This document shows, in pieces, positions 9,518-19,002 of a DNA stretch of 26,529 nt (its first letter is position 1; every line of letters begins with the position of its first letter). The DNA comes from a bacterium (GTDB taxonomy: Bacteria > Hydrothermota > Tepidihabitantia > Tepidihabitantales > Tepidihabitantaceae): the NCBI GenBank assembly GCA_046485285.1, contig JAWOHE010000014.1:1-26529 (forward strand). Direction: 5' to 3'. Below the pieces are notes generated by a model that worked only from the letters and a program-made list of their open reading frames with translations, did no database searches and was not told the origin of the DNA. A program made the translations under genes and the position numbers.

Positions 9518-9591
9518 GGGCGATTAGCTCAGCTGGTTAGAGCGCTGGTCTCACATACCAGAGGTCACAAGTTCAACTCTTGTATCGCCCA
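9518..9591 (+). tRNA. tRNA-Val (anticodon CAC); CCA not encoded
   Basis: Cloverleaf: acceptor GGGCGAT/ATCGCCC+A, D-arm GCTC-AGCTGGTTA-GAGC, anticodon arm CTGGT-CTCACAT-ACCAG, T-arm ACAAG-TTCAACT-CTTGT. Confidence 0.95.
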
Positions 9592-9600
9592 ATCTCCGGC

Positions 9601-9630
9601 AGGCCGGGCAGTCAGCCCGGTCTATTTCTT
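9601..9630 (+). terminator. Hairpin terminator after the tRNA, convergent with the HTH gene
   Basis: AGGCCGGGC-AGTCA-GCCCGGTCT followed by ATTTCTT. Confidence 0.6.
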
Positions 9631-10119
9631 CCGGCGGGCGGGCACGGTCTTACGCCCGTCCCAGCGCAGGCCGAGTTGCTTTCGATAGCGGCGGCGTTGT
9701 AGCGCGCTGAATCCCAACCTGTCGCAGGCCTGCTCGAATGTCGCGCCTTTGTCAATGAGCTTTGCGAGCGCCTCAAGTCGGCGCAGCCGTTGAATGCGAC
9801 CGGCCGGCTCAAGCTTCGGCCGGACCATCCGGATTGCCTCGCGAACGTGATAGTCGCTCACGCCGAACTTCTTGCCAATGCCGGTCAGTGACTCGCCGGC
9901 ATCGTGGTGCCGGGCCATCTCGCGACAGGTCTTCGGGGGCAGTGAACGATGCCAGGCGCGAACACGTCGACCAGGCTTTACCTTCATGCGCGGTACGAGC
10001 TGACGGATGCGTTCGCGTGAGCAGCCGACGACCCGTGCGAGCTCAGCCTGAGTCATATCGTTGACCTTCTTGCCGAGCTGGGCGATCTTCTCGAGTGCGG
10101 TTAGCGGTTCTTGCTTCAT
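9622..10119 (-). CDS. Small basic multi-helix-turn-helix protein, probably DNA-binding
   Basis: 165 aa; HTH-like segments TQAELARVVGCSRERIRQL, SLTGIGKKFGVSDYHVREA, TFEQACDRLGFS; Arg/Lys-rich. Confidence 0.7.
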   Translation of the reverse strand: MKQEPLTALEKIAQLGKKVNDMTQAELARVVGCSRERIRQLVPRMKVKPGRRVRAWHRSLPPKTCREMARHHDAGESLTGIGKKFGVSDYHVREAIRMVRPKLEPAGRIQRLRRLEALAKLIDKGATFEQACDRLGFSALQRRRYRKQLGLRWDGRKTVPARRKK

Positions 10120-10136
10120 CTTGACTCAGCCTTTCG

Positions 10137-11792
10137 TTAATTGCGGGCGACAATGAGCTTTAGGACTTTGGTCCCTGCGGTCTCGATTTCGAGGCGGGCG
10201 AAGACGAGCCCGTTTGTCGGGATGAGTTTGTCGACTGAGACCGGCTTGTCGTAGACCGGCCCGACGCCGGTGAGCACCGATCCAACACGGCGGCCAGCCG
10301 CATCAAGCAGCAGAAGGCGCCAGATTCCTCGGGTCGGGACCGTCAACCGGAGCTCGGGGCGCCCTACGATGCTGACGCCAGTGAGCTTGGGGTGCGGAGG
10401 TTCCGTGCTCTCGGCCAGCGCCGACGGGAGGATGCCGTTGAAGGCGTAGACGTGGTACGGATCATTGCCGTGGTCCTGCAGAGCGACAACAACGTCGGGG
10501 CTACCGTCGGCATTCAAGTCGGGCACACCGGTGACGTCGTAGACGCGCTCGACGAACTCGTGGCCCCAGAGCTCAGTGCCGCTGGCCCCGCTGAATACCT
10601 TGATGGCGCCGTTTCCTCCGCCGAGACAGCCAGCGATGACCTCGGGTACGTCATCTCCATCCACATCGGCGAGCGTGTCGACCGACCAGACGTCGCTGCC
10701 AACGTAGCCGGACCATAGCGTCGTCCCGTCACCTCCGGAGAGGATATGAACCGAGCTTGACCAGGATCCGACGACGACATCGTCAATGCCGTCGGCGTTG
10801 ACGTCCCGAATCGGCACGAGTTCCATCACGATGCTGCTCCCACCGAGTGAAGTGACCCAAATTGAGTCCCCGGTGGCGCCTTCGAGGCAGTAGACTCTGT
10901 ACGCCCAGCCGCCGCAGATGACGTCATCGGTGCCGGAGCGGTTGACGTCGGGCAGTCGTTCGATGTCGGAGACTGAACCGGCCGTCGTGTAGGCCCAGAC
11001 GAGCGAGCCGTCGCGGCCCGAGAGGCAGAACGCCCGGTTGTCGAGGCCGTTCCCGCCGGCGCCGACCAAGACCTCGGGAATCGTGTCACCATCTACGTCT
11101 ACGAACGGAGCTATGCACTGGGCACCGTCGTATGCCGGGCGGAATGCCCACAGACTGTCTCCCGAGGCACCCGATAGCGCAATCGCCGTGCCGCGACGAT
11201 CAGTCGTCAGTCCACCGGCTGCCGCGAGCACTTCCGGGATGCCGTCATGATCGAGGTCAACCGGGCTTCCCCCGGGCGCGGTGAACGCGCGAACACTGTA
11301 ACACCAGCCGCGGTCCTGACCGAATGGAAACACCCAGAGATTCTCGCCGGTTTCTCCGTCGATCGCAATGCAGGACCGGCCCGGCGGGATGTAGGTGCCG
11401 ACAGTACCGAGCACGATGTCATCGATGCCGTCATTGTTGAGGTCTCCGGCATTGTCCAGGCCCTTGTTTCCCCAAGTACCGTAGGCCGACCGGTTGACCC
11501 AGATGGTGTCGCCGGTTCGACCTGACAGGCAGTAAACCTTGCGAGGGTCAGATGGCGTGCCGCCGTAATATATGGCTGAGATCACCTCCGGGGAGGTGTC
11601 ACCGTCGATGTCAGAGACCGAGATGGTTGAGTAGATGCCGTCGTCACCCGGGCCGCGCCAGATGACCTCGCCGGCTGGCAGTGTTGATACGGCCGAGACC
11701 AGCAGCATGACCGTAATGGCAAGACCCAAGGGCCTCGCCCGACGTAACCGGCGTGTGAGAAGGGCACCGGGGGACTGACTTCCCTTAGGCAT
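10137..11792 (-). CDS. Secreted FG-GAP/VCBS-repeat beta-propeller protein with degenerate C-terminal sorting-like domain
   Basis: Repeated DxDGD/DLNxDG Ca-binding loops alternating with (C/A)LSGxxGD(S/T)(I/L)W; signal-like N-terminus; C-terminus LLDAAGRRVG...VFARL...LKLIV. Confidence 0.8.
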   Translation of the reverse strand: MPKGSQSPGALLTRRLRRARPLGLAITVMLLVSAVSTLPAGEVIWRGPGDDGIYSTISVSDIDGDTSPEVISAIYYGGTPSDPRKVYCLSGRTGDTIWVNRSAYGTWGNKGLDNAGDLNNDGIDDIVLGTVGTYIPPGRSCIAIDGETGENLWVFPFGQDRGWCYSVRAFTAPGGSPVDLDHDGIPEVLAAAGGLTTDRRGTAIALSGASGDSLWAFRPAYDGAQCIAPFVDVDGDTIPEVLVGAGGNGLDNRAFCLSGRDGSLVWAYTTAGSVSDIERLPDVNRSGTDDVICGGWAYRVYCLEGATGDSIWVTSLGGSSIVMELVPIRDVNADGIDDVVVGSWSSSVHILSGGDGTTLWSGYVGSDVWSVDTLADVDGDDVPEVIAGCLGGGNGAIKVFSGASGTELWGHEFVERVYDVTGVPDLNADGSPDVVVALQDHGNDPYHVYAFNGILPSALAESTEPPHPKLTGVSIVGRPELRLTVPTRGIWRLLLLDAAGRRVGSVLTGVGPVYDKPVSVDKLIPTNGLVFARLEIETAGTKVLKLIVARN

Positions 11793-11815
11793 GTCTGTCG
11801 GCCGACTTTGCTCTG

Positions 11816-12133
11816 CTAGCCGGCATCGGCAATGCGGTTGACCCGGACCCGGGTGAATCCCTGGCGGTGTCCGTGCTTGCGCCGGTAGTTTTCCCGCCGA
11901 CGAAACTTGAAGACAGTGATCTTGTCGGACCGGGGGTGGTCGACAACCACGGCCTCGACATGACAGCCTTCGATTCTGGGGTGACCGATCAGCGCATCAT
12001 CGTCGGTGCGCACGAAGAGCACATCCTCGATTTTGACCGTCGTGCCGGGTTCCGCTTCGAGCCGCGGAACTGCAATGGTATCACCCTCCTTGACCATGAA
12101 CTGGAAGCCGGCAATGCGGACGATTGCGTACAT
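11816..12133 (-). CDS. rplU: 50S ribosomal protein L21
   Basis: MYAIVRIAGFQFMVKEGD...KITVFKFRRRENYRRKHGHRQGFTRVRV; GGAGGA RBS; TGATG overlap with secG stop. Confidence 0.96.
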   Translation of the reverse strand: MYAIVRIAGFQFMVKEGDTIAVPRLEAEPGTTVKIEDVLFVRTDDDALIGHPRIEGCHVEAVVVDHPRSDKITVFKFRRRENYRRKHGHRQGFTRVRVNRIADAG

Positions 12134-12453
12134 CACTCTCCTCCAATCGGCAGTTCAGCAGGTTCGGGAGTCACCGGAATGGCAGGCTGGCTCGCAGCAG
12201 GACGGGCCTGGGCGGTGGGTCGCCGGTTGGCGCGGGCAGCGAGCATCACCAGGCCCAGCGAGGTGAGCATGAACGCGACGGCCAGCACGGTCGTAACCTT
12301 GGCCATGAAAGGCGCGGCGCCACCGCCGCCGAACACGGTCTCGGCGCCACCCATGATTGAGGCCATGCCGCCCTTCTGTGGTTGCTGGATCAGGATGGCC
12401 AATACCAGCACGACCGCAACCAGCAGGTGCAGGAAGATCAGAACACCATACAT
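12133..12453 (-). CDS. secG: Preprotein translocase subunit SecG
   Basis: Two TM helices, ILIQQPQKGGMASIMGG...VFGGGGA..FMAKVT; AAAGGAG RBS. Confidence 0.93.
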   Translation of the reverse strand: MYGVLIFLHLLVAVVLVLAILIQQPQKGGMASIMGGAETVFGGGGAAPFMAKVTTVLAVAFMLTSLGLVMLAARANRRPTAQARPAASQPAIPVTPEPAELPIGGE

Positions 12454-12476
12454 TGACTAGGCTCCTTTGTTAGGCA

Positions 12477-12504
12477 AGATTAGCTGAGACTAGAACGAAG
12501 TCAA
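12477..12504 (-). promoter_or_regulatory. sigma70-type promoter for the secG-rplU unit
   Basis: TTGACT (12504-12499), 16 bp, TAATCT (12482-12477). Confidence 0.65.
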
Positions 12505-12715
12505 GGAGAAGCGCATCGAAGATGTCCTGCGAGAGGCGACAAGCGTCGTGATCGCCTGCGGCTCCGGCAGTCGTCCGCCGCGGTGCGAATCGCCGTGCCG
12601 GAGTGAAGCGTCGAAGAGTAGTAGCAGCCGTTGCGGAGTGGCGGAGCGCTACGATGGTTCAGGCATGCACGCAGATGTGTTCGCGTGAAGTAGCTCATGA
12701 AAGGAGACCACAGCA

Positions 12716-13288
12716 ATGACAGTGCGCGGCAGTGAAACCGAGAAGAACCTGCTGACCGCCTTCGCTGGCGAGTCGCAGGCCCGCAACCGCTATACCTACT
12801 TCGCAAGCAAGGCTCGCAAAGAAGGTTATGTCCAGATAGCTGACATATTCGATGAAACTGCCAATCAGGAACGCGAGCATGCGAAACGGCTGTTCAAGTT
12901 CTTGGAGGGTGGCGAGGCCGAGGTACGGGCGAAGTTTCCCGCCGGGGTCATCGGCTCAACCTCCGAGAACCTGATGGAAGGCGCGGCTGGCGAGCGCTAC
13001 GAGTGGACCGAAATGTACCCCGGTTTCGCCGAGGTCGCGGAGCGAGAGGGCTTCGGGGACATAGCGGAGGCGTTCCGGGCAATCGCGGTGGCCGAGAAGC
13101 AGCACGAGAAGCGGTACAATGAACTGCGCGAAAACATCCTGAAGGGCAGGGTTTTCAAACGCGAGAAGCCAGTGACCTGGCGCTGCCGGAACTGCGGCTA
13201 CCTTCACGATGGCGTCGAGGCGCCGGACCAATGCCCGGCCTGCGCCCATCCCCAGGCCCACTTTGAGTTGCTCGGCGAGAACTGGTAG
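12716..13288 (+). CDS. rbr: Rubrerythrin
   Basis: [27 protein letters not shown] di-iron motifs, C-terminal CRNC..CPAC rubredoxin-like domain; AAGGAG RBS. Confidence 0.97.
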   Translation: MTVRGSETEKNLLTAFAGESQARNRYTYFASKARKEGYVQIADIFDETANQEREHAKRLFKFLEGGEAEVRAKFPAGVIGSTSENLMEGAAGERYEWTEMYPGFAEVAEREGFGDIAEAFRAIAVAEKQHEKRYNELRENILKGRVFKREKPVTWRCRNCGYLHDGVEAPDQCPACAHPQAHFELLGENW

Positions 13289-13296
13289 GCCTCCCG

Positions 13297-13815
13297 ATGA
13301 CGGAGAGAAGGGGACTGGTAACTTCCGGCGGTAAGCCGGTTACCTTGATCGGAAACGGGGTGAGGGTGGGTGACAATGCCCCGGACGCGACGTTGGTGGC
13401 CAACGACCTCTCGACGGTGAGGCTGTCGAGCTACTTCGGCAAGGTGCTGGTTGTGGTGGTTGTCTCGTCGCTTGACACGTCGGTCTGCGATCTGGAGACA
13501 CGGCGATTCAACGCCGAGGCGGCCGGGCTGGGCGATGAGGTCCGGGTCCTGACCGTCAGCATGGACCTGCCTTTCGCCCAGAAGCGCTGGTGCGGAGCGG
13601 CGGGTGTGGACAGGGTCGAGACCTTGTCCGACCACCGCGAGGCGGAGTTCGGCAGGGCCTGGGGCGTGTTGATGAAGGAGAGCCGTCTGCTGGCCCGGGC
13701 GGTCTTCGTGGTTGACCGGGCAGGCATCGTTCGTTACATTCAACTGGTCAGCGACGTCGGCAAAGAGCCGGACTATGCGGCTGTGCTGGCCGCGGTCCGG
13801 GAGGTAGCGGCCTGA
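13297..13815 (+). CDS. tpx: Thiol peroxidase (atypical 2-Cys peroxiredoxin)
   Basis: SLDTSVC, SMDLPFAQKRWC, LLARAVFVVD, EPDY. Confidence 0.93.
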   Translation: MTERRGLVTSGGKPVTLIGNGVRVGDNAPDATLVANDLSTVRLSSYFGKVLVVVVVSSLDTSVCDLETRRFNAEAAGLGDEVRVLTVSMDLPFAQKRWCGAAGVDRVETLSDHREAEFGRAWGVLMKESRLLARAVFVVDRAGIVRYIQLVSDVGKEPDYAAVLAAVREVAA

Positions 13816-13831
13816 AGCCGCGGGAGGTGCA

Positions 13832-14014
13832 ATGACCGACAGCAAGCAGTTGCCCTGGTGGCGGTGCGGGGAGTGCGGGCATACGCTCCAGGCGGAAGAA
13901 CCGCCGGAGAACTGCCCATCCTGCGAGCGCAAGTGTGAGTTCCGAAACGTAACCTGTTACACGCCCGAGTGCGGACCCGGTGGTCCGGACCCCAGGCTGC
14001 TGGGCGACAAGTAG
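13832..14014 (+). CDS. Small rubredoxin-like/zinc-ribbon protein with 7 Cys
   Basis: GGAGG RBS; WRCGECG..PPENCPSC..C......CYTPEC; fills the gap in the operon. Confidence 0.8.
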   Translation: MTDSKQLPWWRCGECGHTLQAEEPPENCPSCERKCEFRNVTCYTPECGPGGPDPRLLGDK

Positions 14015-14044
14015 TCACGGGCGGGAGACTCTGGAGGGTTAGCG

Positions 14045-14431
14045 ATGGCCAAGCGTCTGGAAGTTTACAAGTGCGAGGTCTGCGGCAACATAGTTGAGGT
14101 TCTCCACGGCGGCGCCGGCCAGCTGGTGTGCTGCGGCAAGCCGATGAAGCTGCTGGTTGAGAACACCACCGATGCGGCGCGCGAGAAGCACGTGCCCGTC
14201 ATCGAGCGCATTGCCGACGGCTTCCTGGTGAAGGTCGGCAGCGTTGCGCACCCGATGCTTGAGGAGCACCATATCGAGTGGATTGAGCTCCTTGTCGATG
14301 ACCGCGTCTGCCGGGTGTACCTGAAGCCGGGCGACAAACCTGAAGCGCGCTTCCCGCTGCAGGGCGAGCAGGTAAGCGCCCGCGAGTACTGCAACCTGCA
14401 TGGGCTCTGGAAGGCGGGGGGCGCAGGATGA
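14045..14431 (+). CDS. dfx: Desulfoferrodoxin (2Fe superoxide reductase)
   Basis: CEVCGN..VCCG desulforedoxin domain; EKHVP, HPM, HHIEWI, CNLHG. Confidence 0.96.
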   Translation: MAKRLEVYKCEVCGNIVEVLHGGAGQLVCCGKPMKLLVENTTDAAREKHVPVIERIADGFLVKVGSVAHPMLEEHHIEWIELLVDDRVCRVYLKPGDKPEARFPLQGEQVSAREYCNLHGLWKAGGAG

Positions 14432-14964
14432 TACCGAAGAAGCTCGAGGAGGCATTCAACGAGCAGCTCAAGCACGAACTCGAGTCGGCCTATCTGTACC
14501 TGGCGATGGCCGCCTGCTTCGACGATACCGGGCTAACCGGAATGGCGGGTTGGATGCGGGCCCAGGCCCAGGAGGAGCTGACCCACGCAATGCGCTTCTA
14601 CAAGCACGTTGCCGAGCGCGGCGGCCGAGTTCACCTCTTCGCGATGGCTGAGCCGAGGGCGAGTTGGGAGTCGGCGCTGGCCGCGTTCGAGGCGGCCCAC
14701 AAACATGAGCAGTTCATCACCGGGCGGATAAACGACCTGATGAAGCTCTCCCGGGTCGAGAACGACTTCGCATCCCAGGGCATGCTCCAGTGGTTCGTCG
14801 ACGAGCAGATCGAGGAAGAGGACACCGCGAGGACGATCGTCGACAAGCTCAAGCTGGTCGGTGGCAACGGCAACGGGCTCCTGATGCTCGACAAGGAGCT
14901 GGGCGCCCGGGTGTTCACGCTCGCCCCGGAGCTCGCGGCCTTCTACGCCCAGACTCCGGCTTGA
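14428..14964 (+). CDS. ftnA: Non-heme ferritin
   Basis: [48 protein letters not shown] overlap with dfx. Confidence 0.93.
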   Translation: MIPKKLEEAFNEQLKHELESAYLYLAMAACFDDTGLTGMAGWMRAQAQEELTHAMRFYKHVAERGGRVHLFAMAEPRASWESALAAFEAAHKHEQFITGRINDLMKLSRVENDFASQGMLQWFVDEQIEEEDTARTIVDKLKLVGGNGNGLLMLDKELGARVFTLAPELAAFYAQTPA

Positions 14965-14984
14965 CCGCCGGGGTAGGTGGAGCA

Positions 14985-16184
14985 ATGAGCACCGGAAACC
15001 TGCAGGCAGTCCGAGTCAGCGAGCACGTTTGGTGGGTAGGTGCGATTGACTGGGCGATCCGGGACTTCCACGGCTACGCCACCGGTCGCGGAACCACCTA
15101 CAACGCCTACCTGGTGATGGCCGACAAGGTCACGCTGATCGACACGGTCAAGGGGCCGTTCCGCGAGGAGATGGTGGCCAGGATTGCCTCGGTCGTCGAC
15201 CCGTCCAGAATCGACTTCATTGTCTCGAACCACTCGGAGATGGATCACTCGGGCTCACTGCCCGAGATCATCGCCGCGGTCAAGCCCGAGCGCGTCTTCG
15301 CATCGAAGATGGGCGTGAAGGCGCTCAAGGCGCATTTCGGGCTCGACGGCATCGAGGCGGTAGGCACCGGGGACAAGCTCAGCCTGGGCAACCTCGAGCT
15401 CCTCTTCCTCGAGACCCGGATGCTCCACTGGCCCGACTCGATGGCGAGTTGGTTGGCCACCGACCGGCTGCTCTTCTCACAGGACGGCTTCGGGATGCAC
15501 CTTGCGTCGAACCGGCTTTTCGCAGACGAACTCGACCCCGCGGTGCTCCAACAGGAGGCGGCCAAGTACTACGCCAACATACTGCTCCCGTTCTCGACGC
15601 TGGTCACCAAGCTGCTGGCGACACTCGGCGAGCTGAAGCTGGACATCGGCTACCTGTGCCCGGATCACGGGCCGGTCTGGCGCCGCGGCTTCGACGTGCT
15701 CGGCTGGTACGCGCGCTGGGCGGCGGGCCGGCCGGCCCGCAAGGCGGTCATCGCCTACGCGACGATGTGGGGATCAACCGCGTCGATGGCACGAGCGATC
15801 GCCGACGGCATCAGCGGGGCGGAGGTTGACGTGAAGGTCATGCCGCTCGGCCCGGCACACCGGAGCGACGTGATGACCGAGTTGCTCGAGGCCGGGGCAC
15901 TCCTGGTCGGTTCACCGACCATCAACAACCAGATGTTCCCGACGATGGCCGACTTCCTCTGCTATGCGCGGGGGCTCAGACGCGCGAACCTGCTCGGCCA
16001 GACCTTCGGATCATACGGCTGGAGCGGCGAAGCCTGCAGGGCGATGGGTGTCGAACTCGCGGCGATGAACGTCGAGTCTGTCGGCGAGCCGGTTCGGACG
16101 GTCTATGTGCCCGATGCGACGGCGTTCGCGCGTTGCCGCGAGCTGGGCGCGGAGGTCGGCAGGCGACTCAGGGAGCTGACTTGA
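14985..16184 (+). CDS. fprA: Class A flavodiiron protein (O2/NO reductase)
   Basis: ATG 14985 after [32 protein letters not shown], flavodoxin domain [12 protein letters not shown]. Confidence 0.94.
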   Translation: MSTGNLQAVRVSEHVWWVGAIDWAIRDFHGYATGRGTTYNAYLVMADKVTLIDTVKGPFREEMVARIASVVDPSRIDFIVSNHSEMDHSGSLPEIIAAVKPERVFASKMGVKALKAHFGLDGIEAVGTGDKLSLGNLELLFLETRMLHWPDSMASWLATDRLLFSQDGFGMHLASNRLFADELDPAVLQQEAAKYYANILLPFSTLVTKLLATLGELKLDIGYLCPDHGPVWRRGFDVLGWYARWAAGRPARKAVIAYATMWGSTASMARAIADGISGAEVDVKVMPLGPAHRSDVMTELLEAGALLVGSPTINNQMFPTMADFLCYARGLRRANLLGQTFGSYGWSGEACRAMGVELAAMNVESVGEPVRTVYVPDATAFARCRELGAEVGRRLRELT

Positions 16185-16927
16185 TGTACGAATCCGTGCC
16201 CGTACCTGACACCTGCCCGACAAACCTCGATCTTACCGCATTCCGGAAGGTCAGCTATGGGCTTCACCTTGTCACCGCGCGGGACGGCGAGCGCCGCAAC
16301 GGCTGCCTGATCAATGCATTCCAGCAGGTCGCGGAGCAACCCTGCGTGGTCGCGATGGCGTTGAGCAAGAAGAACTTCACCCATGACCTGGTAGTGGCCG
16401 GCCGCAACTTCGCGGTTCAGGTCCTCGAGCGTGACACCCCGCTTGCGTTCCTGGGCATCTTCGGATTCCGCACCGGCCGTGATTTCGACAAGCTGGCTCA
16501 GGTGAAATGGCGTGACGGCGCGGACGGCTGTCCGGTCATCCTCGACCATACTCTGGCCAGCTTCGAGGTAAGGGTGACGGGAGTGGTGGACTGCGGTACC
16601 CACACGCTGTTCATCGGCAACACGGTTCGAAGCGAGAATCTCAAGCCGGGCGAGCCGCTGACGTACGCGTACTACCACGCGGTCAAGGGCGGCAGGACCG
16701 GCCGGAACGCGCCCGGGTACAGCGCGCATGAGACAGAGGGCGAGCACGAAAGGAAGAGGAGTCCCAGGATGAAGCGGTACGTCTGCACCGTCTGCGGATA
16801 CGTCTATGATCCGGACCAGGGCGACCCGGACAACGGCATCCAGCCGGGCACGTCGTTCGACAAACTACCTGGCGATTGGGTCTGCCCGATCTGCGGGGCC
16901 GGCAAGGACCAGTTCGAGGAAGAGTAG
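16184..16927 (+). CDS. Flavin reductase-rubredoxin fusion (high-molecular-weight rubredoxin, Hrb-like)
   Basis: TGATG coupling to fprA; flavin-reductase domain ([29 protein letters not shown]) plus C-terminal rubredoxin CTVCGY..WVCPICG. Confidence 0.92.
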   Translation: MYESVPVPDTCPTNLDLTAFRKVSYGLHLVTARDGERRNGCLINAFQQVAEQPCVVAMALSKKNFTHDLVVAGRNFAVQVLERDTPLAFLGIFGFRTGRDFDKLAQVKWRDGADGCPVILDHTLASFEVRVTGVVDCGTHTLFIGNTVRSENLKPGEPLTYAYYHAVKGGRTGRNAPGYSAHETEGEHERKRSPRMKRYVCTVCGYVYDPDQGDPDNGIQPGTSFDKLPGDWVCPICGAGKDQFEEE

Positions 16928-16943
16928 TCAACCTGAGCTGACG

Positions 16944-16970
16944 AGCCGCCGGGACCTGCTCCCGGCGGCT
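16944..16970. terminator. Hairpin between the convergent redox and ffh operons
   Basis: Perfect 11-bp stem AGCCGCCGGGA-CCTGC-TCCCGGCGGCT; U-tract weak. Confidence 0.65.
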
Positions 16971-16980
16971 TCGCGTCTGA

Positions 16981-18312
16981 CTAGCGGCCGCGGCGGCGAG
17001 GCTGCCGGCCGGTCGGCCCGGGCAACAGCGAGCGGGGCATCCGGCCCGGAGCCGAGCCGGACATCTGCCGGGCGAGCTGGCGGGCCTGGTGGAACTCCTT
17101 GAGCAGGCGGTTGACGTCCTGGACCGACGTGCCGGAGCCGGCGGCTATCCGGCGCCGGCGGGAGCCGTCAATGATGTCCGGGTCGTGCCGTTCCGCCGGG
17201 GTCATCGACTGGATCATCGCCTCGACCCGGGTGAAATCGCGGTCGTCAACTTCGAGCTTGTCCGCGCCCGGGATCATTGCCATCAGCTTGGACAAGCTGC
17301 CCATCTTCTTGATACCGGCGAGCTGGCCGAGGAAGTCGTCGAAGTCGAACCGGCCCTTGATGAACTTCTGCGCGGTCTCGCGCTGCTGCTCCGGGCTGGT
17401 TGCGGCGCTGACCTTCTCGACGAGGCCCTGGAGGTCACCCTTGCCGAGGATCCGGGCGGCGATGCGGTCCGGGTGGAACTCCTCGATGTCCGCGAGGTGC
17501 TCGCCGGTGCCGATGAAGTAGATCGGCAGGCCGGTGACGTGACGGACTGAGACGACCGCGCCGCCGCGCGAGTCGCCGTCGAGCTTGGTGATGCAGACGC
17601 CGGTGAGCTTCAGCCGCGCACCGAACTGCTCGGCCTGGCTTAGCGCGTCCTGGCCGACGAGACCGTCGAGAACGAGCAGGGTGGCGTGGGGCCGAGCCCG
17701 GTCCTGGATCTCGGCGAGTTCGCTCATCAGCGACTCGTCGACGTGGAGCCGGCCCGCGGTATCGAAGACGACGATGCCGAAGCCCTCGGAGCGGGCGCGC
17801 TCGAGCGCGGCCAGGCAGTTGCCGACGACGTCCGGGCTGGTCGGGTGGAAACCGCAGCCGACCCGGTCGGCGACGGTGCGGAGCTGCTGCTCAGCGGCCG
17901 GTCGCTTCGGGTCGCAGGCGACCAGCAACGGCCGGCGGCCCTTGAGCCGGGCGGCGAGCTTGCCGGCGAAAGTCGTTTTGCCGACGCCCTGAAGCCCGAC
18001 GAGGCTGACGACCGAGGGGCTGGCCGGCAGGACGAGCTTCTCGACCTTGCCGCCGAGCAGGGCGGTGAGCTCGCGGTAGAGCGCGACGGTGACGACTTCG
18101 CCGGGCCGAAGCGATCGGGCGAGGTCCTGTTCCTCGAGCCGGGCCTTGAGCCCCCGGACGAACTGCCCGACGACCCTGTAGTTGACGTCGGCCTCGAGCA
18201 GGACGGTTCGGATCTCACGGAGGGCATCGGCGACTTCCTTGTCCGAGAGCTTGCCGTGACCGAGCAGGCGGCGCTGGAGCTTGACGAGCTTGTCGGTGAG
18301 GGCGTCGAACAC
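16981..18312 (-). CDS. ffh: Signal recognition particle protein
   Basis: ALREIRTVLLEADVN, GLQGVGKTT, RPAA, DTAGR, TKLDGD, M-domain IQSMTPAER..SRRRRIAAGSG. Confidence 0.97.
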   Translation of the reverse strand: MFDALTDKLVKLQRRLLGHGKLSDKEVADALREIRTVLLEADVNYRVVGQFVRGLKARLEEQDLARSLRPGEVVTVALYRELTALLGGKVEKLVLPASPSVVSLVGLQGVGKTTFAGKLAARLKGRRPLLVACDPKRPAAEQQLRTVADRVGCGFHPTSPDVVGNCLAALERARSEGFGIVVFDTAGRLHVDESLMSELAEIQDRARPHATLLVLDGLVGQDALSQAEQFGARLKLTGVCITKLDGDSRGGAVVSVRHVTGLPIYFIGTGEHLADIEEFHPDRIAARILGKGDLQGLVEKVSAATSPEQQRETAQKFIKGRFDFDDFLGQLAGIKKMGSLSKLMAMIPGADKLEVDDRDFTRVEAMIQSMTPAERHDPDIIDGSRRRRIAAGSGTSVQDVNRLLKEFHQARQLARQMSGSAPGRMPRSLLPGPTGRQPRRRGR

Positions 18313-18998
18313 TAGGCGCCGCTTCGCGTGTTCTCAGGGTCGGGGGCGGGCGGCACCGCGTCCCTGAGTTCGGCGATGGCCCGGGCATAGTCGCCGCTCC
18401 TGAAGACGGCGCTGCCGGCAATGAGCAGCCCGGCGCCGGCATCGGCCAACTCCCGGCTGTTGCCCGGGTTGACGCCGCCGTCGACGGAAACCTCCGCCCG
18501 GCTGCCGGTGGCCCTGACCAGCGAGCTGATTTCGCGGACGCGCTCGATCGACCCCGGGATGAACGACTGGCCGCCGCGGCCGGGGAAGACGCTCATCACC
18601 AGCACGTCATCGAGCCGGGCAAGCCAGGGTTCGAGCCGGTCGACCGGCGTGTCCGGGTTGAGTGACATCCCGGCCCTGAGCCCGGCCGCGCGTATGCGGT
18701 CGATGCAGCGGCCCGGGTCGGGCGTCGCCTCGACGTGGAAGACCACGGCCTCCGAGAAAGGGAGGTACTCGTCAATCTGCTTCTCCGGCTCGACGACCAT
18801 CAGGTGGCTGTGGACAGGGAGGCGGGTCGAGCGCCGGACCGCCGCGCCGACGGGCCGGCCGAAGCTGATCCCGGCGACGAAGCGGCCATCCATCACGTCG
18901 AGGTGGATGCAGTCAGCGCCAGCGGCCTCGACCGCGCGAAGCTCCTCGCCGAGCCGCAGGAGATCGCAGTCGAGTATCGAGACAGAGACCTTCACCAT
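18312..18998 (-). CDS. rpe: Ribulose-phosphate 3-epimerase
   Basis: IHLDVMDG, HLMV, MSVFPGRGGQ, VDGG, GSAVF; ATG 18998 after GAGGTG. Confidence 0.95.
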   Translation of the reverse strand: MVKVSVSILDCDLLRLGEELRAVEAAGADCIHLDVMDGRFVAGISFGRPVGAAVRRSTRLPVHSHLMVVEPEKQIDEYLPFSEAVVFHVEATPDPGRCIDRIRAAGLRAGMSLNPDTPVDRLEPWLARLDDVLVMSVFPGRGGQSFIPGSIERVREISSLVRATGSRAEVSVDGGVNPGNSRELADAGAGLLIAGSAVFRSGDYARAIAELRDAVPPAPDPENTRSGA

Positions 18999-19002
18999 GC
19001 GG

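Noticed and set aside
9518..9591. tRNA as an integration site for an island
   Set aside because: No integrase and no convincing duplicate of the tRNA 3' end seen in the window
12581..12600. GGTGCGAATC resembling a cobalamin riboswitch T-loop
   Set aside because: No B12-box or GGGAA/GCCACTG elements nearby
14790..14984. N-terminal extensions of the fprA, Hrb-like, def and rpe ORF calls
   Set aside because: Overlap upstream genes; better RBS-linked or coupled starts exist
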